Positions 25,900 through 39,710 of a DNA stretch of 64,000 bases are shown here, piece by piece. The stretch's first letter is position 1, and each line of letters opens with the position of its first letter. The translations under genes and the position numbers were made by a program. Below the pieces are notes generated by a model. That model was not told the DNA's origin. It searched no databases and was given only the letters and a program-made list of their open reading frames with translations. The stretch lies in NCBI GenBank assembly GCA_964106915.2, contig OZ066918.1. One strand, written 5' to 3'. Source of the DNA: Podarcis gaigeae. Its lineage: Eukaryota.

Positions 25900-26636
25900 G
25901 CACAGAAAGCTAAACTCATAATAATGGTTTATAAAAGTTTATTGGAATGCTGTAAATTGATGTTCAGGAACTTAAGAGATGCATGGAATATAGATTTAGA
26001 GTGTTTCATTCAGTTCAATTGATGGAAAGTTGCTTTAGCATCTATATGTATTGTTTTGTTAGATTTAAAATTGAAATTTATTCAGCAAACATTGGTGTTC
26101 CAAGTACATTGGACTCCACAGCACGTCTTTATCAGAAAAAACTGGCTAGTTCTTTTGCTGGCAATGTAATGCTAAAAACACTTCTATGAGGTATAATATG
26201 TCCCAGGATGTTTTCTTGCTGCTCAGAAATTATTGTTCATCTTAACTCTGTTCTGGAAAAATCCTTTATATCTGTGGGTGTTCAGACACTCTTAAATTAT
26301 AGCACTACAGTCAGAGGATAAACAGGTGGACAACAAAATCCTTATGGTGGCTAAGAAACTTATACTGCAAGTCTGGAAAGATAAACGCTGGACTGTCCAC
26401 TATCCAGTGGTCTGAAGATCTCACTGGCTTTTCTATGTTCCATTGCATGGCTTGTAAGCATCCATCTGATTTTGGAACCTATTTGGACACAAGGAATCCT
26501 TGTATGTTTAAGCCTTTTTGTTTTAAGTTAGGATCAATGGAATATTGTTAGTCAGCTGGCAATGTTTCTATCTCTTTGTCTCTCTCTTTCCATCTGTTAT
26601 ATTTGCAAAATAAATTATTTTTTTCAAAAAAAAGAA
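25900..26636 (+). mobile_element. Decayed L1-like ORF2 C-terminus and 3' end
   Basis: WTP...CWQC zinc-knuckle-like remnant, LMVAKKLILQVWK motif, AATAAA and A-rich tail; left boundary approximate. Confidence 0.55.
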
Positions 26637-29600
26637 TAACCAGGCTTCCTGCTTAGCTGAAAGTTGATACCAGAGTTTGGGACTGGTTTGAAACCATTTT
26701 TGTCCATAAATGTTGTTCAGAGCAGTAGTAAGAATTTGTGCTTTAGTGGAGAAAGTTGTATCTGAACTTGAGGAGGAAGTCAGGGTCGAAAGACACAGGC
26801 AGAGTAGTCACATCACCTCAATATAAGAGGAGCTTCAAATGTTCACAGCGTCCTTGTGATTGCATAACTATGTAATTAGGAGAGTTAGATCTGCACAGGG
26901 CAGAACACCTGCCATAACAGAAACAGAAAGCAAGATATTATATGAACACCAATTCCCACAGTATCCACACACCTTTGTGGAAGCAGACATCCTTAAAAAT
27001 AAAAAGACTAGAGGGGTGAAGGAGACACAAGATATAGAATAACAACGAACAATATTTTGGTCAGATATTTTTGCCACTTCATGAAGTGTTGATATGCAGG
27101 AGGAATGAATCTTTGAAAGATACCTATTAAAAAAGCTAGCAGGGGGAAGAAAAGGGCTGGGAAGTCAGGGCTCCCTATCTCTGGTCTTGCCATTTATATG
27201 TGCAAAAGAGAAACATGTAACTCTTCTGTGCCTCACATTTGCACACCCACACCCTGCCAAAAACTCACTTTAATTTGCTTCCGTAGCTAAGAAAGTTACA
27301 GGGGGTTGCAGAAAGATATTACAAAGGAATTTTTAACCAATGAAATATATTCAGCATCAAAAGCAGCTCACAAAATGCCTCTTACACCAACTGTGCAATA
27401 TGCCTAAGGCAACACACATATACCATGTTTCACTTAAAAGAAATGCAGAGGGAGAAAGCACTATATTTTCTCTCTCTATGAAATGCATTAGCCACATTTC
27501 ATGAGGCGCTCCAAGCAGCCTCTCAAAATTGTTACCTCTCCGTTCCCCTCAAGAGCCTGTTGCTACTTTCCCCTCCTGCCTGCTTTCTTCTCCTTCCCAT
27601 GTCATACCCCATTGTACAACGTCCAAAAGGGGGCAGGGAGAGAGAATCTATGTGAAACCGTTCCATCTGAGAGAGAAAACACATCTCTCTCTTATTCCTG
27701 CAACTGCATTTTAGAACCTATTCCAGATCTCAGTGATAAACCCAACAACAACTAGGACTGCATTTTTAGCCACTTGGCTGCTCTTTGTTATCCTGCAATT
27801 TGAGATCAACCAAGCTAGATTAGCGGTGACAGTATGCCAAAGGTCATTACTGTTAAACGCACCTCAGTGAACAATATAAACGGAGTCATTATACTGCAAC
27901 TAGATGGAGTTTATTATGGGGGCATAACAATCGGTGTTGATGAAGCCAAAAGGCACCTAAGGAAAAAGGTGTATAAGAAGGTGAAAGGGGAAATCTAGCT
28001 TTAAATGTGCCCATTTATGCAATGTGGCAGTATAGGACACTGCTATCCACAGAAACAGGCAGACACATACACTCCATATTCCCAGGACACCAAAGTAATT
28101 TGAATGGACAGGTGGGGAAAAAAACACTCTGGCAGAAAAGAAACCTTTAACAATACCAATAGTTTCAGATCCTGCACTGGATCTCATTTGGACCCCAAAT
28201 GAGAACAGTTATTGTGCTATCTGGAAAATGTTTAACAGCAAGACCTTTTATTACTTTCAAGTATGAGGTTTCTGAACTGGTAGATATACAATGAACAGGC
28301 TGGGATAATAATGAACATCCTAGGGTAGCCCTTTCAGCCTCCCCATGTTTCATCATGTGAACGACCTAGAAGTTTGACTTACATTCATCAAGCATCTGAG
28401 CCCAACTATAATATGATCAACTCTCAAATTCTGTAAGAGAAATCACCTGAATATTAAATCACTTAAACTTCAAAAAATTACAGCCCTACTACTGCCAACA
28501 CAACCCGACAGCTAGCATATCCATTATATACACATGCAGAAATTATGTTCTAACAGCAGCCACACCTCACTAATCACTCTCGTGACAATGCTGAACGCAG
28601 CAGGGCCTCGTGTATTAGAAGAGGACTAACAAGGGCAACTGCAGCAGAGCAACTCTGCATTCTGAGATAACAAAGCAAGCAGCGGCATTGAGGCAGAGAC
28701 ACCACAATGGACAGCACCAGAAGAAACACAATTACCCAAATGAAACATCAAAGATCTATTAGCCTAGGTAGCATAGCAAAGACTTCACTAGCCAATTTCA
28801 AAATGTTTCAGTGGGGAAAAAATACCTTAAATGATGTCACTGCATTACGGATAATGGAGCAATTGAATCTATTAATCATGGGGTTAATCTATTTATTCAC
28901 CTTGAGAAAATTACTGATCAGAAGAAAGTCTATTAAAAGAATACAATGATTCAGGCGCCACCTCCATCACTTAGTAAGCAATCAGAGGATGTCCCTTCAA
29001 ACCCTGCATTAATAAAAGTCTCATTAAATGCAAACCTGCAAGATGTTAATGTAAAGGGGCTCATTAGCCTGGAAAAATTGATCGCCTGGAAAGCTGCTTA
29101 TTTCCTTACGGAAGTGAAGGTCAGCTTTCCAGTTATCGACCTTACAGCTGAGCACCTCAACCAACGCAGCCAGTCGTTTTACATGGGAAACCACCACATG
29201 CAACTTGAAAATATGGTAAATTCTGCAACAATCAAGGGTGACTGGACATTGCCAGGTTTGCCATTTTGACAGAGGGAAATATATTCCACAATCATGCTAT
29301 GCAGAGGGAGACATGAGGTCTGGGAAGAGGATTCAACTTCCTGAAAATGATAGATTTTAAAATCTTTTTTAAAAGCAAGCTTCTAGCCTCTGTGACTACA
29401 AGGATAGTATTGAAAGTCTGTGGACAATGCCTAGTGAAATCTCAGTGTTAGGGGTGCACAGGTGGTGGTGGTGGTGGTGGTGAGGGCTGCTGCAGTCAGC
29501 ACCTGACACTTGAGTGCCCTGCATTGTGCCTTGACTCTCCCTAGGCCTATAACAAGCAAAATACATTATTTAAAAAGCAACCAGCACATGTACATATTTG

Positions 29601-30404
29601 GAAGAAGAGTTTATTGATAATACCTGTCCAGCAGACAATCCTTACTCTGGTTGGTTCATAAACTGTGTTACTAAAACTAGGGGTGAAACTAGGCTTTATT
29701 TCACCTGGGTCAAAGATCCAGTTTGGCACACCCACCCATGTGCATTTGCATACACATACACATAGGCTGGGAGCCTTAATGGCGCCCCTCTGGAGGCTTC
29801 ACCCGGAGCAAAAAAAAACCAGCTAGCCCCCACCCCCCATAGCTACGGCACTGCTAAAACACGAGAGGACTAAGTACTACCTGAACAATTAATTACTATA
29901 CAGGAGTTAAATATATGTCTTCTTCTACTGAGCCATTTACTTTGCTAGCCAGGTTTGGAAAATCAAAAGTTCAAACAAAAATGCACTACAGGCTACTTAA
30001 TACTAGTATCAGCTAAACTAAACCAATGGCACAAACAAAGTGGAAGGTAAGGAGAAGGGCATTTTGCCTCAAAATCATTTGAAAACAAATATCTGGTGTA
30101 AAATAGTACTCAAAATGTAAGACCTTGAACAAAAAAATAAAACATGCAAGCACAAAAGGTATCATATGGGAAAAAGTGGGAAAATGCTGAGCAATCAACA
30201 AGGACCAGATTACTAAAAAATCTCCAACAGAGCTTGGGTATCACTAATATGACTTCTCTTGCCCCTAAGTGATTTAGAATAAAATGATCCCCTGCATTAC
30301 ACTAGAAAAACATTCTGAAATGAAGTTTCTTTCCTTTTTTTAAACTGAAGAATGCCTCAAATGATGTACTACAAAAAAATTAACAGTATCCTATGGCCAA
30401 ATGG

Positions 30405-30768
30405 TGGGACGCAGGTGGCGCTGTGGGTTAAAGCCTCAGCGCCTAGGACTTGCCGATTGAAAGGTCGGCGGTTCGAATCCCTGCGGCGGGGTGCGCTCCC
30501 GCTGCTCGGTCCCAGCGCCTGCCAACCTAGCAGTTCGAAAGCACCTCCAGGTGCAAGTAGATAAATAGGGACCGCTTACCAGCGGGAAGGTAAACGGCGT
30601 TTCCGTGTGCGGCTCTGGCTCGCCAGAGCAGCGATGTCACGCTGGCCACGTGACCCGGAAGTGTCTCCGGACAGCGCTGGCCCCTGACCTCTTAAGTGAG
30701 ATGGGCGCACAACCCCAGAGTCTGTCAAGACTGGCCCGTACGGGCAGGGGTACCTTTACCTTTACCTT
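30405..30768 (+). mobile_element. Full-length young Sauria SINE
   Basis: A box (GGTGGCGCTGTGG), B box (GTTCGAATCC), (TACCTT)3 tail, perfect 13-bp TSD TATGGCCAAATGG at 30392-30404 and 30769-30781. Confidence 0.95.
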
Positions 30769-33700
30769 TATGGCCAAATGGCTCCCACTAGCACATAATC
30801 CATTTGTAAAATAGAGGAAAATTGCATTCTATTTCTATTTTTAAAAGCATAAAAATGATGGAAAATAAATCATCCATCCAAAATAAGCTGAGCTATTAAA
30901 AAGAAACTATACATTGGCCTATGCAACCAACCTGGACCCTATAGTCTAAAGTACTCTGAAACAAGAGCAGAACTTTTCCCTCCTGGGAACAGATCAGGAA
31001 AATCACAGTAAGTCAAAGAAAAGCTCTACCCCAAATAACAGAAGCGAAGAGGTTGGGGGGTAAAAGATACGTATCAGTTGCATACTGATGGTATCTCAGC
31101 ACCAATGAATACAACAAGATGATCAACCTTTGTTAAGTCTAAATGAAAACTGTCCTCAAATCATGTTATGCTACACACTGATCTCAGAAGATTGCACATG
31201 ATCTGCAAGTCTCAACTATAAAGCCACAATTGTTTCAGAAAATGGATCAAGAAAAATTATTATTATTATTATCACAATTATTATTATTATTTAAATCTGC
31301 ATACTGCCCTATACCCATAGGTATCAGGCTACTTCACAATTACACAATTACACACAGGCTACTTTACATTACACAAATGTAAGATTACAATATTTTAAAA
31401 AATCCCAATAAAATTAATTAAAACAATTAACAATATTAATGTATACAAACTAATAAAAATATACTTAACAATTAAACAATTTAAAACATCCCCATCCCCC
31501 TTAAAAACACTGATCTTACCACAAATGCCTTTGTTCCAACCCCCCAAAGTGCCACCCCGAAAAGGACAATTCCCTTTGGTGTTGTCCCTTTATGGCAGCC
31601 CCACCCACAAGGCAGGCAAGCTTTATATAGCTGTCCCAGCAGTTGCTTCACACCTGGGGCAACAAGTGCAATCAATGCTGTCTGCCTGCTCGGGGTCATA
31701 GTCCCTGGACAACTCTCAGCATCTGCAGGTCCAGGCAGATAGAGGCAGGTGAAATTATGAACAAGAAAAGATTTGTAAAGCCAACACCTCCCATGCAATA
31801 TCATGTTGCTTTAACATCTATCTCCAGAGTGAAAGTGAGGGAAGAACAGAACTACTATCACTACCTCCAAATGAAGAGACAAATTTAAGACAGCCCAAAC
31901 AAGCCAACTACGACATATCTGCATAATGCTCCAACAGTAAAAAATTAAGTACTTTAAAATGCAATTTCAGGCCACCTCAATCAAAACAGTTGTGGGTCAA
32001 AACTAAAACCCACAAGTTAATAGGGAACTTATCATAGTTTAGCAAACTAACCTCTCAAAACTACATGAATCAGTGCATGCCAGGTAAGAAATTCATCAGT
32101 AAGAAACTATTTCTCATTCAAGTTAATTTAGTTTTTCACGCAAGTTTATAGATGTGGAATGCAAGGAACGGATCTGCAGAGCAACCCTAACGGTGTCTAC
32201 TCAAAAGTAAGTCTTATTGAATTCAGTGGTGCTTACCCCCACGTAAACAGGTTTAAGACTGCAGCCTTAAGTATTAGTTGGGCAAACAGTCTAACACCAA
32301 TAAGGTTTGCAGAATCGTTCTCTTTGCAAAACTGCTAATACAGTCTAGTGGCTGTTTTCCTATTGTCCAAGAAGATCAATTATAGTAAATAATTGTCAAG
32401 GAGCCCGCAGAGGAAATAACAGCCAGACTGTTCTCCAGTCACATCCCTCCAATTTGCAAGCATAATTCACTTTGTTTCTACTCTCAATTCTAGAGACTTT
32501 TCTAAGCAGTCCCCCCCCCCCCCCGCCCCAAAGATTCAGACCATGCCAAGGGCAGGTTCAATCTTCTATGGCATTTTAGATAGCAACCCCCTACCTATGA
32601 CTGCCTGTTCAGCTGGTACATTTAGAGCATTATCAGTCCCCAAGAGCTTCATTTAACTCTGTTCATGAAAAATAAAGAGCGCAGCAGAGTAAATCTTGCA
32701 GAACCTATATATAAGGACATGAAACTCACAGGCCTGCAGAGAGAATCTTTAATGGTGGTTTACAGACACATAAAATTACTTGGAAAATGCCTGGAGGGAG
32801 TTTGTTTTCCACATGCTGTCTTCCTGAGCAAAGAAACTGGAGACGCCACAACAAAGGTAAGTTTTGTGTCACAGGGGAAGCATGACTTCTGTGCCTGACT
32901 TTCTAATCCTTCTTACCCTGACACAAATGACTAGCTCTTAGGGAACTCAAGGGGGAAGATTTGGTACTTCTTAGTGAATCATGGGCTGTTCAGTTTTAAA
33001 CTTCCAGTTACACAACCCCCAAACATTTAAAAGTAACTTCTCTCCCAACCTGGCTAGTCTCCAGTCTCCAGTCTTCTTTTTGCTGAACAAAAAGGCAAGG
33101 GACACAAATTCTCAAACAGCCTCTCAAGAAAGATGCATTGCAGGCTCTAGCAATTAGTTGTTTGCATGCCCCTTGAGAAAGGAATACTCTTCAGGCCATA
33201 ATCTGCTTTTAAGTATTGGTTTTTATTCCAATCTTTCATTTTAAATATTACCTTGGGGACAGGCTCCCAAGGTCATCACCCAACATGCCAGCCACTATTG
33301 ATTCCAGCAGCCCCTGTAAGCCGCATGAGATGTAAGAGCCTCAGTATGGAGGAAAGCCCATTAGCCAATCAGCCCCCCTACCAGCAGAATCATGTATCAT
33401 TCCACAGGGATATTATGAGGATGAGCTCATAGGCACTTGCTCATAGCTTTAAAAAGTAGAACTTTTGGGAACAGCAAAGAGTATTGCAAAAGATGCATTC
33501 AAATACTTACACCTTGCCCCTGACTATCCAAAGTAAGTCTACATCTTACTCTTAAAAAACAATGTATTTTGAAACTCGTACCTTAACCCATTTTAAAGAA
33601 CATATGAGTTGTTGTACCCTTAAGTTTACAAAAGCAATCGCTGCTGAAGTGGGAACATGTTCAGCAAACTAGGCAATATAGCACTTTTTTGCAGGGGTGG

Positions 33701-33883
33701 GGGAGGCAAAGTGCTACAAGACTCCTTCAGGTTTATATACCACCCCACCCCAAAATCCTGGCTAAGAAACCAACCAGCATGCTATAGTGCAACAAAAAAT
33801 GAAGTGTTCTGGGAATAAAAGCAAGAATGCACAAATGAGTAACAAAACCTTTGTGCTACAGTTAATTGCTTTCCTTTTCTTAC

Positions 33884-33959
33884 CTTATGTTAACCAATGC
33901 GTGTGTCACCTTGCTGGCCGGCTCCTTCCACTGGCCAGCGTTGGTAGATAGCCTCAAAA
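33884..33959 (-). CDS. ARMH3: ARMH3 coding exon (approx. human exon 23): (V)[24 protein letters not shown](R)
   Basis: cttttttctttcag|TT ... AAG|gtaaga; 76 nt, phase 1 to 2. Confidence 0.95.
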
Positions 33960-35408
33960 CTGAAAGAAAAAAGATTAAAGGACGGTTACATTCTATGGCA
34001 CCTATTTTGACAACAGTACAACATTTTCCAAGGCAATCAAGTAACTAAACAAATTATTAGAAAAATATAAATAATCTTAGATGAAGTACAGGCATCATCC
34101 AAATGTGACCACCACCACATGAGTAAAGAATGTGCATGTATTTACATTATACCAATGTAAGGGTATAATAAGGAGGATAAGACTTCGAAAACACATCCCA
34201 ACCTAAGGAACTTTCCTGGAACTTCACTGGGCTGCTTCTACACTGCTCAACATATATATAAAACTACTAAGAAGCTTATTGCTTCCACTGTTCAGCATAC
34301 AGCAGAAACAATACGGGAAAACACATTTTTCCTTTTATTTGTTCTCACTTTGAATATGCATGTACATTCAATTTTTTGTTTTAAAGTTATTATCGATGTT
34401 TATTGGAAGAGGCTATTCTAAGAGTTTTATGTAACTGTTCTAACATTATCATGCTGTGTGAGTGGATCAACTACGTCCCTTTTATGAATGACCATTTAAC
34501 CCTTATTATATGCTTGCCAGACTAATGTTTCTAAACAGAGAGGAAAGCAATGGGAGGCAGGGAGGGCTGGCCCTTTATATGCAGCCCTTCTAAAGTGTTA
34601 CTCAGAGGTAAGTGCATTCATATAATTCCTTGGTTATGTTTCCCTGCCAGCATTCCTTCCTCCCATTCATTCTGCCTCCCTACTAAGTATTTGCTCTACA
34701 GCATCTCACTGCATCTCTCTGCACCTTCACTCCCCTACCCAAAAACATCATTTACATATCTAGACTGTTTGCTGCACTATTTTAAAAAGGGTATTGTGTG
34801 TGGGGGGGGTTGTTTTCCAACTGCTTCTGAGGCATTGACCTGGTTCTGTGGATGCTAGCAGGCCTACGTGCTCCCTGTTCTGTACAGTGGGTTCCTTGTT
34901 GTGCATCCATCAAATGCTTTTTTCACCTCTTGTTTACAACACCAACTCCTGCTGCTGATTGGCTCTGGGGGGTGCGCTTGCTCTCTGACCTGAGACTAAG
35001 GCATATTTTCCCAGCTGGGAACTCTCTGCGCACGGCAGGCTGGCTCACTCTAAATGAGGGCACCGTGCGCCTTGCTACCATTTAAATATTATATGCCTGG
35101 CAATAGCAAACAAACACACTTTCATGTATACACAGGTGAACCAGATGGCAATTCTATATCCAAACAGCATCGTTTCTGCATGTCTGCTCCTGAAGAGTCG
35201 CTTTCAAAATGTCCTTTGCCAAGAACAAGGAACCTTTATCCTTATTGAACAGGATTATTTCACAACCATGTGGTAACTGACAGCCACACAGTGCGCACAC
35301 ATGCTGATCAGGCATCGTACACAATTGCTCTCTCTCACACCCACACAGTTTATCTGTCATATCTGTGTGTTTTGTCAACAGCAAACCAAGTCATCCAACA
35401 CTACTCAC

Positions 35409-35535
35409 CCATAGAATACAGGTTATCAAAACTCTGGTGCATTCTGATGATTTCATAGTATAGCTCATCATAGCTGCTAGGAGTCGGAAGGAAGGTATCT
35501 CCATAAGTGATGAACATGTTAAACAGGTTTACCAC
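35409..35535 (-). CDS. ARMH3: ARMH3 coding exon: [42 protein letters not shown] (DUF1741 region)
   Basis: cttttgtttttgaag|GTG ... TGG|gtgagt; 127 nt, phase 0 to 1. Confidence 0.96.
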
Positions 35536-36561
35536 CTTCAAAAACAAAAGCTATAGGAATTACCACAGGAAAAATGTGCCATATAATATATGCAGTTATC
35601 TAAACATTTAGAATAAAGAGGTCATTGCTTAATTTTTGTAGATAACAAGTGTTTTGTAGATAACAAGTGTTTCACCTCAATTGATTATAAACCACTTTTT
35701 TCTTTCCCTGATAAATTTAGGGATAAAAATAAAAACTGGTTATAAGCCACCCAAAACACTGAAAGCAGGCATCATTCCTGTGAGGGAGGGAAGGAAATTG
35801 GAGGACTGAAGAAGAGAGTCTGCCAAAGCCTACTAACGAGAGGACAGAGCTTAGGGGCAGAAGCAAGTATCCTGAGAGGGTTAAAAAAACACACCTCCTT
35901 TTCTTGCTCTATACAGGGCTGTTTCTAGGCTAGGGGGAGAAAAGCAGTGGGGTGTGATGGGAGAGGCATTTTCCTTTTACCACTCTTGAGAACATCCCTA
36001 TCCAGCAACCGGGCCCAAACCTGAGCCCTCTCACATTATACAGCCCTGCTGGGGAACTCTCACTCTCCCATGTAAGCCACTACAAGGTTCCTGTTCCAGG
36101 CTGGCTGAATTCCTGAGCATGTTCAGTCTTGTTAGGGGATGGGGATACAGTGCAACTGTTTCATTTGTTTGTTTGAGCAGACTCCACTTGTTACCCAAAG
36201 CACTGACAGATCCATTTGTCACACAGCACAACAGTCAATAACATACACATGAAGGGGCTTTCCTCCCTCTTTCACATTTCCACTGAACACCTTGCCCAAA
36301 TGCTTTGACATTCCAAACAGATATCCAGCCGCAGGAAAAGTCCTTGAATCCAATTCCAGCTTGAGCCAAAAATAAGTGCTCCCAACCCAGATACACAGAA
36401 AAAATAGAGCTGCCATGATAGAGAACAGAACTTCTAAAAACGGCTCCAATAAGATCACTATCTGGGTTTTTTGTGTGTGTTTTGAATGAGCATGCTCTAC
36501 ACTAATTCCTGTTTTAAATTCAGTGCTATTAACTCTCACTGTCCCCCAGAAAGAAACTCAC

Positions 36562-36644
36562 CATGAGAGCCAATGTAAAGATGTTGTGTTTTGCCAGCAA
36601 AACAGTCTCGTTGGACAAGAGAAACTTCAATAGATTAATCAGAG
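36562..36644 (-). CDS. ARMH3: ARMH3 coding exon: (A)[27 protein letters not shown]
   Basis: ttcattcttttctcag|CT ... ATG|gtgagt; 83 nt, phase 1 to 0. Confidence 0.95.
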
Positions 36645-37770
36645 CTGAGAAAAGAATGAAAAGGTTTTTTTTAAATGCAACTACATTATCATAAGCAGAT
36701 ACTTGCTCAAAGTCTTCAAAGAAAGCGTTTGATTAATTAGAATCCTGTCCGTCACAGATAAGCAGGCACAGAAACTGATGTATTGTTGTCCCAGATTTAT
36801 CCTTCCTGTTCAATACCATGTTGAGTCAGTTGCCATTCAAATCAACTGACACAGAGGGTTTCCTCCCCCTACTTGTCAGCACCTTAAGTAGCACCAAGGG
36901 TCTGGGAAATCAGCTGCCTGCTTTCAGTTTCAAACACTGACAGCACAGGACACGGAGAACCAATCTCAGCTGTCATTTGTGCTGATGATGCACAAGGCAG
37001 AAGCAGGTATAGTGCAACTCTGCAATAGCTTGACTAGTTTTATAATGGCATGCATGACACCCAAGTAGATACTACACAGTGTGCCAGGTTTCTTAGGGCA
37101 GGACATGTCGCTTTTGATTCCTCTTGGGAGTATTGCCTGGAGAGAAGAAAATGTTAGCCACTGGATTCTCCATCCCTCTTTTATATCAACAGTCACCCAA
37201 GGAGAATGGACAGATTAGTAAATGAAAAATGTTTGGCTCATGAATGGTTTATGAGGAACTGCTGCATTCTGAATACTGGTAAGAAATTTATATACTTGAC
37301 AGTGTTATTACAATCACTGGTAACAATAGAAAGCAATTTTCAAACACATGCACTTCTGTTTTACTTGGAGCTTATTTGGCAAGTGAAAGAATCCCCTTCT
37401 GATTATGTGAACTGACAGCAATTTTCTGCTCTGGAGCTAGGTGTAGATATAGCAGTTCTGTGATCAAATTCTTAGCCTGAAATTTCCCAGTAAGGAAACC
37501 ATACAAAGAAGTTTTATGTCAAAGGCTCTTCATCACTTTCTAGCTGGATCGGCTTAATGTCAGTCTGTGAGCCCAATTTTACAGGTACAGCTAGAACATT
37601 ATCATGAAGAGCATTCCTACTTATAGAACCACCACTGTGCAAGAAAGCAACATGCTCTATAATCCGCTAGCTGAGAACTCCCAGAACAGGAAGCCCATTT
37701 AAGACAAGGGCAATCTGGCAGGATCCAGAACAAAAGATTATCCAACTGCCAACTGATCATTTATCTGGAG

Positions 37771-38016
37771 CATGGTCAGCATTTTTTTTCAGCAGGGGGC
37801 CGGTCCACTGTCCCTCAGACTTTGTGGGGGGCCGGACTATATGGGGGGGGGAATGAATGAATTCCTATGCGCCAAAAATAACCCAGAGATGTACTTTAAA
37901 TAAAAGGACACATTCTGCTCATGTAAAAACACGCTGATTCCCAGACCGTTCACAGGCCGGATTTAGAAGGCAATTGGGCTGGATCCGGCTCCTGGGCCGT
38001 AGTTTACCTATCCATG
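37771..38016. mobile_element. hAT-like MITE
   Basis: Perfect 8-bp TSD ATCTGGAG (37763-70, 38017-24); degenerate CATGG...CCATG termini; GGGCCG subterminal motifs. Confidence 0.85.
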
Positions 38017-39599
38017 ATCTGGAGACTTGAAATGCTCAGAATTTATCCTCTGTCATGAGACAATGTTAAAAATCAGGCACATTGTGGAAGGTTTAATGAG
38101 TTAGTCAAGAGGGCATTGGGTGGGCCAGGTTAATATGACTAGTAGGATAAAAACACAAGCAGGATAAGGTGGGGGGGGAGGAGTCTGCCCCATGTGAAAG
38201 TATATTCATCCATTTGGAACAGATTTCAGCCACAAGTCAATAACTGCAGAGAAGATGATAGAACAAGAGAGGAGTAAGAACCAACCATGGCACTGAGGGT
38301 AGGTGGGGCTCTCTGATCTTTTGGATATGATTGAAAACAGCTGAAGGATAGTGAGGGCCACATGATCCAATAACGCTAGTATTATTTTACAGGTGTCTGT
38401 GTACATCAGGTTAATCACAGAAAGACAGATAAAATGTTTAGAAACTCATCTTAGGCCAAAACATAATCAAGCAAATACGGCAGAGAAGCAATTTCCATCT
38501 CGGTCTAGTGATCACAGATATAACCATGACAACCAAAGACAACTTCTTTGCAAATTCCTTTTTAAAAAAACCTACACATTTCATCCTCATATTTAGAAGA
38601 TAACATTTTGCCCTCAGATTTAGAGTACTAATGAGCTCACCGCTGCAGTGACATGCACCCACCCACTGTCCTCAGGCTATTAACATGCCTCTCCGTGTTA
38701 ATACCTAGGCTTGTGTTTATAGCTTCATTTGCTAGTGTAATGAATTGTGCTTTGGGGACTGTGGGCATGCCCTATATGCCACACTGCCTCCAGCTTTGAA
38801 AGAGTCTGCTGCCCATATTGTACTTAGAGGCATCAGCCTTCACGGCAGAAGAGTAGCTTCAAATGGGTTCTTCAGAGCAGAGATGCAGTTAAAACGTGTT
38901 TCCAAGGTAACTAAGCCTCCATGGTGAATGTCACCATCCAAGGCAATCACTGCTAGGGACTAAGACAGCTGCCCTGAGTCTTTGTGATGGTGGTTTACTG
39001 GACACTTCTCACATGAGCAGCTATAATATGCTTTGATCATTGGCTCAGCTTTAAGAAATTCCACAGACAGACATCACTGGCTCAAGCTCATGGAATGCTC
39101 CACCACACAACTGTCTGTAGAAGTGCAATTTGCCTGTGGCTGTTTATCTGCAGGTCTGATTCACAGACTGCTCAGTTTTAGTGGAGAATCTGAAAATCTC
39201 TACCCTGAAAATCTGAACTCTAATTTTAAAATGATCCTACTTCTACTAGCTTTTGGCATGGAGAACACTTGGGTTACACTTAAAACAACAATAAAAACTG
39301 TAACACGCAATATACACCATCCAAACAACAGTAACACCACACTAATATGTAACAAGCAAGACACAGTAACATAAAATAAAATTTGTACAGTAATTGGACA
39401 ACCAATAATAGCCCAGAAAAAAGGTATGTATTGCAACTGGAACTAAAAGAGGAACAACGATGGTGTCAGATGTACGTCATAGGGAAGGCTACTGCTGAGA
39501 CAGGACACTACCACCAAGAAGACCCTATTCCATGTCACCACACTATGCACCTCACCCAGTGATGGATGACAGAAATGTCTCCACTGCTGATTTCAACAT

Positions 39600-39705
39600 A
39601 CAAGGGGGAGATGTGCTCCTTCAGATAATTAGGCCCCAAGCTGTGTATAGCTTTGTATGTCAACATCAGCCTTGAACTGGGCTCAGAATAGGTAGCCAGT
39701 GCAGG
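39600..39705 (-). mobile_element. L2 LINE ORF2 C-terminal fragment
   Basis: Minus strand gives LHWLP... and LMLTYKAIHSLGPNYLKEHISP. Confidence 0.7.
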
Positions 39706-39710
39706 ACGCA

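Larger units (their letters stand above)
1..33883 (-). other. ARMH3: Large phase-2 ARMH3 intron (>33.8 kb, truncated by the window edge)
   Basis: The next expected exon (AIINHFNPKIESY...) was not found by eye in 1-33883; a manual miss is possible. Confidence 0.75.
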
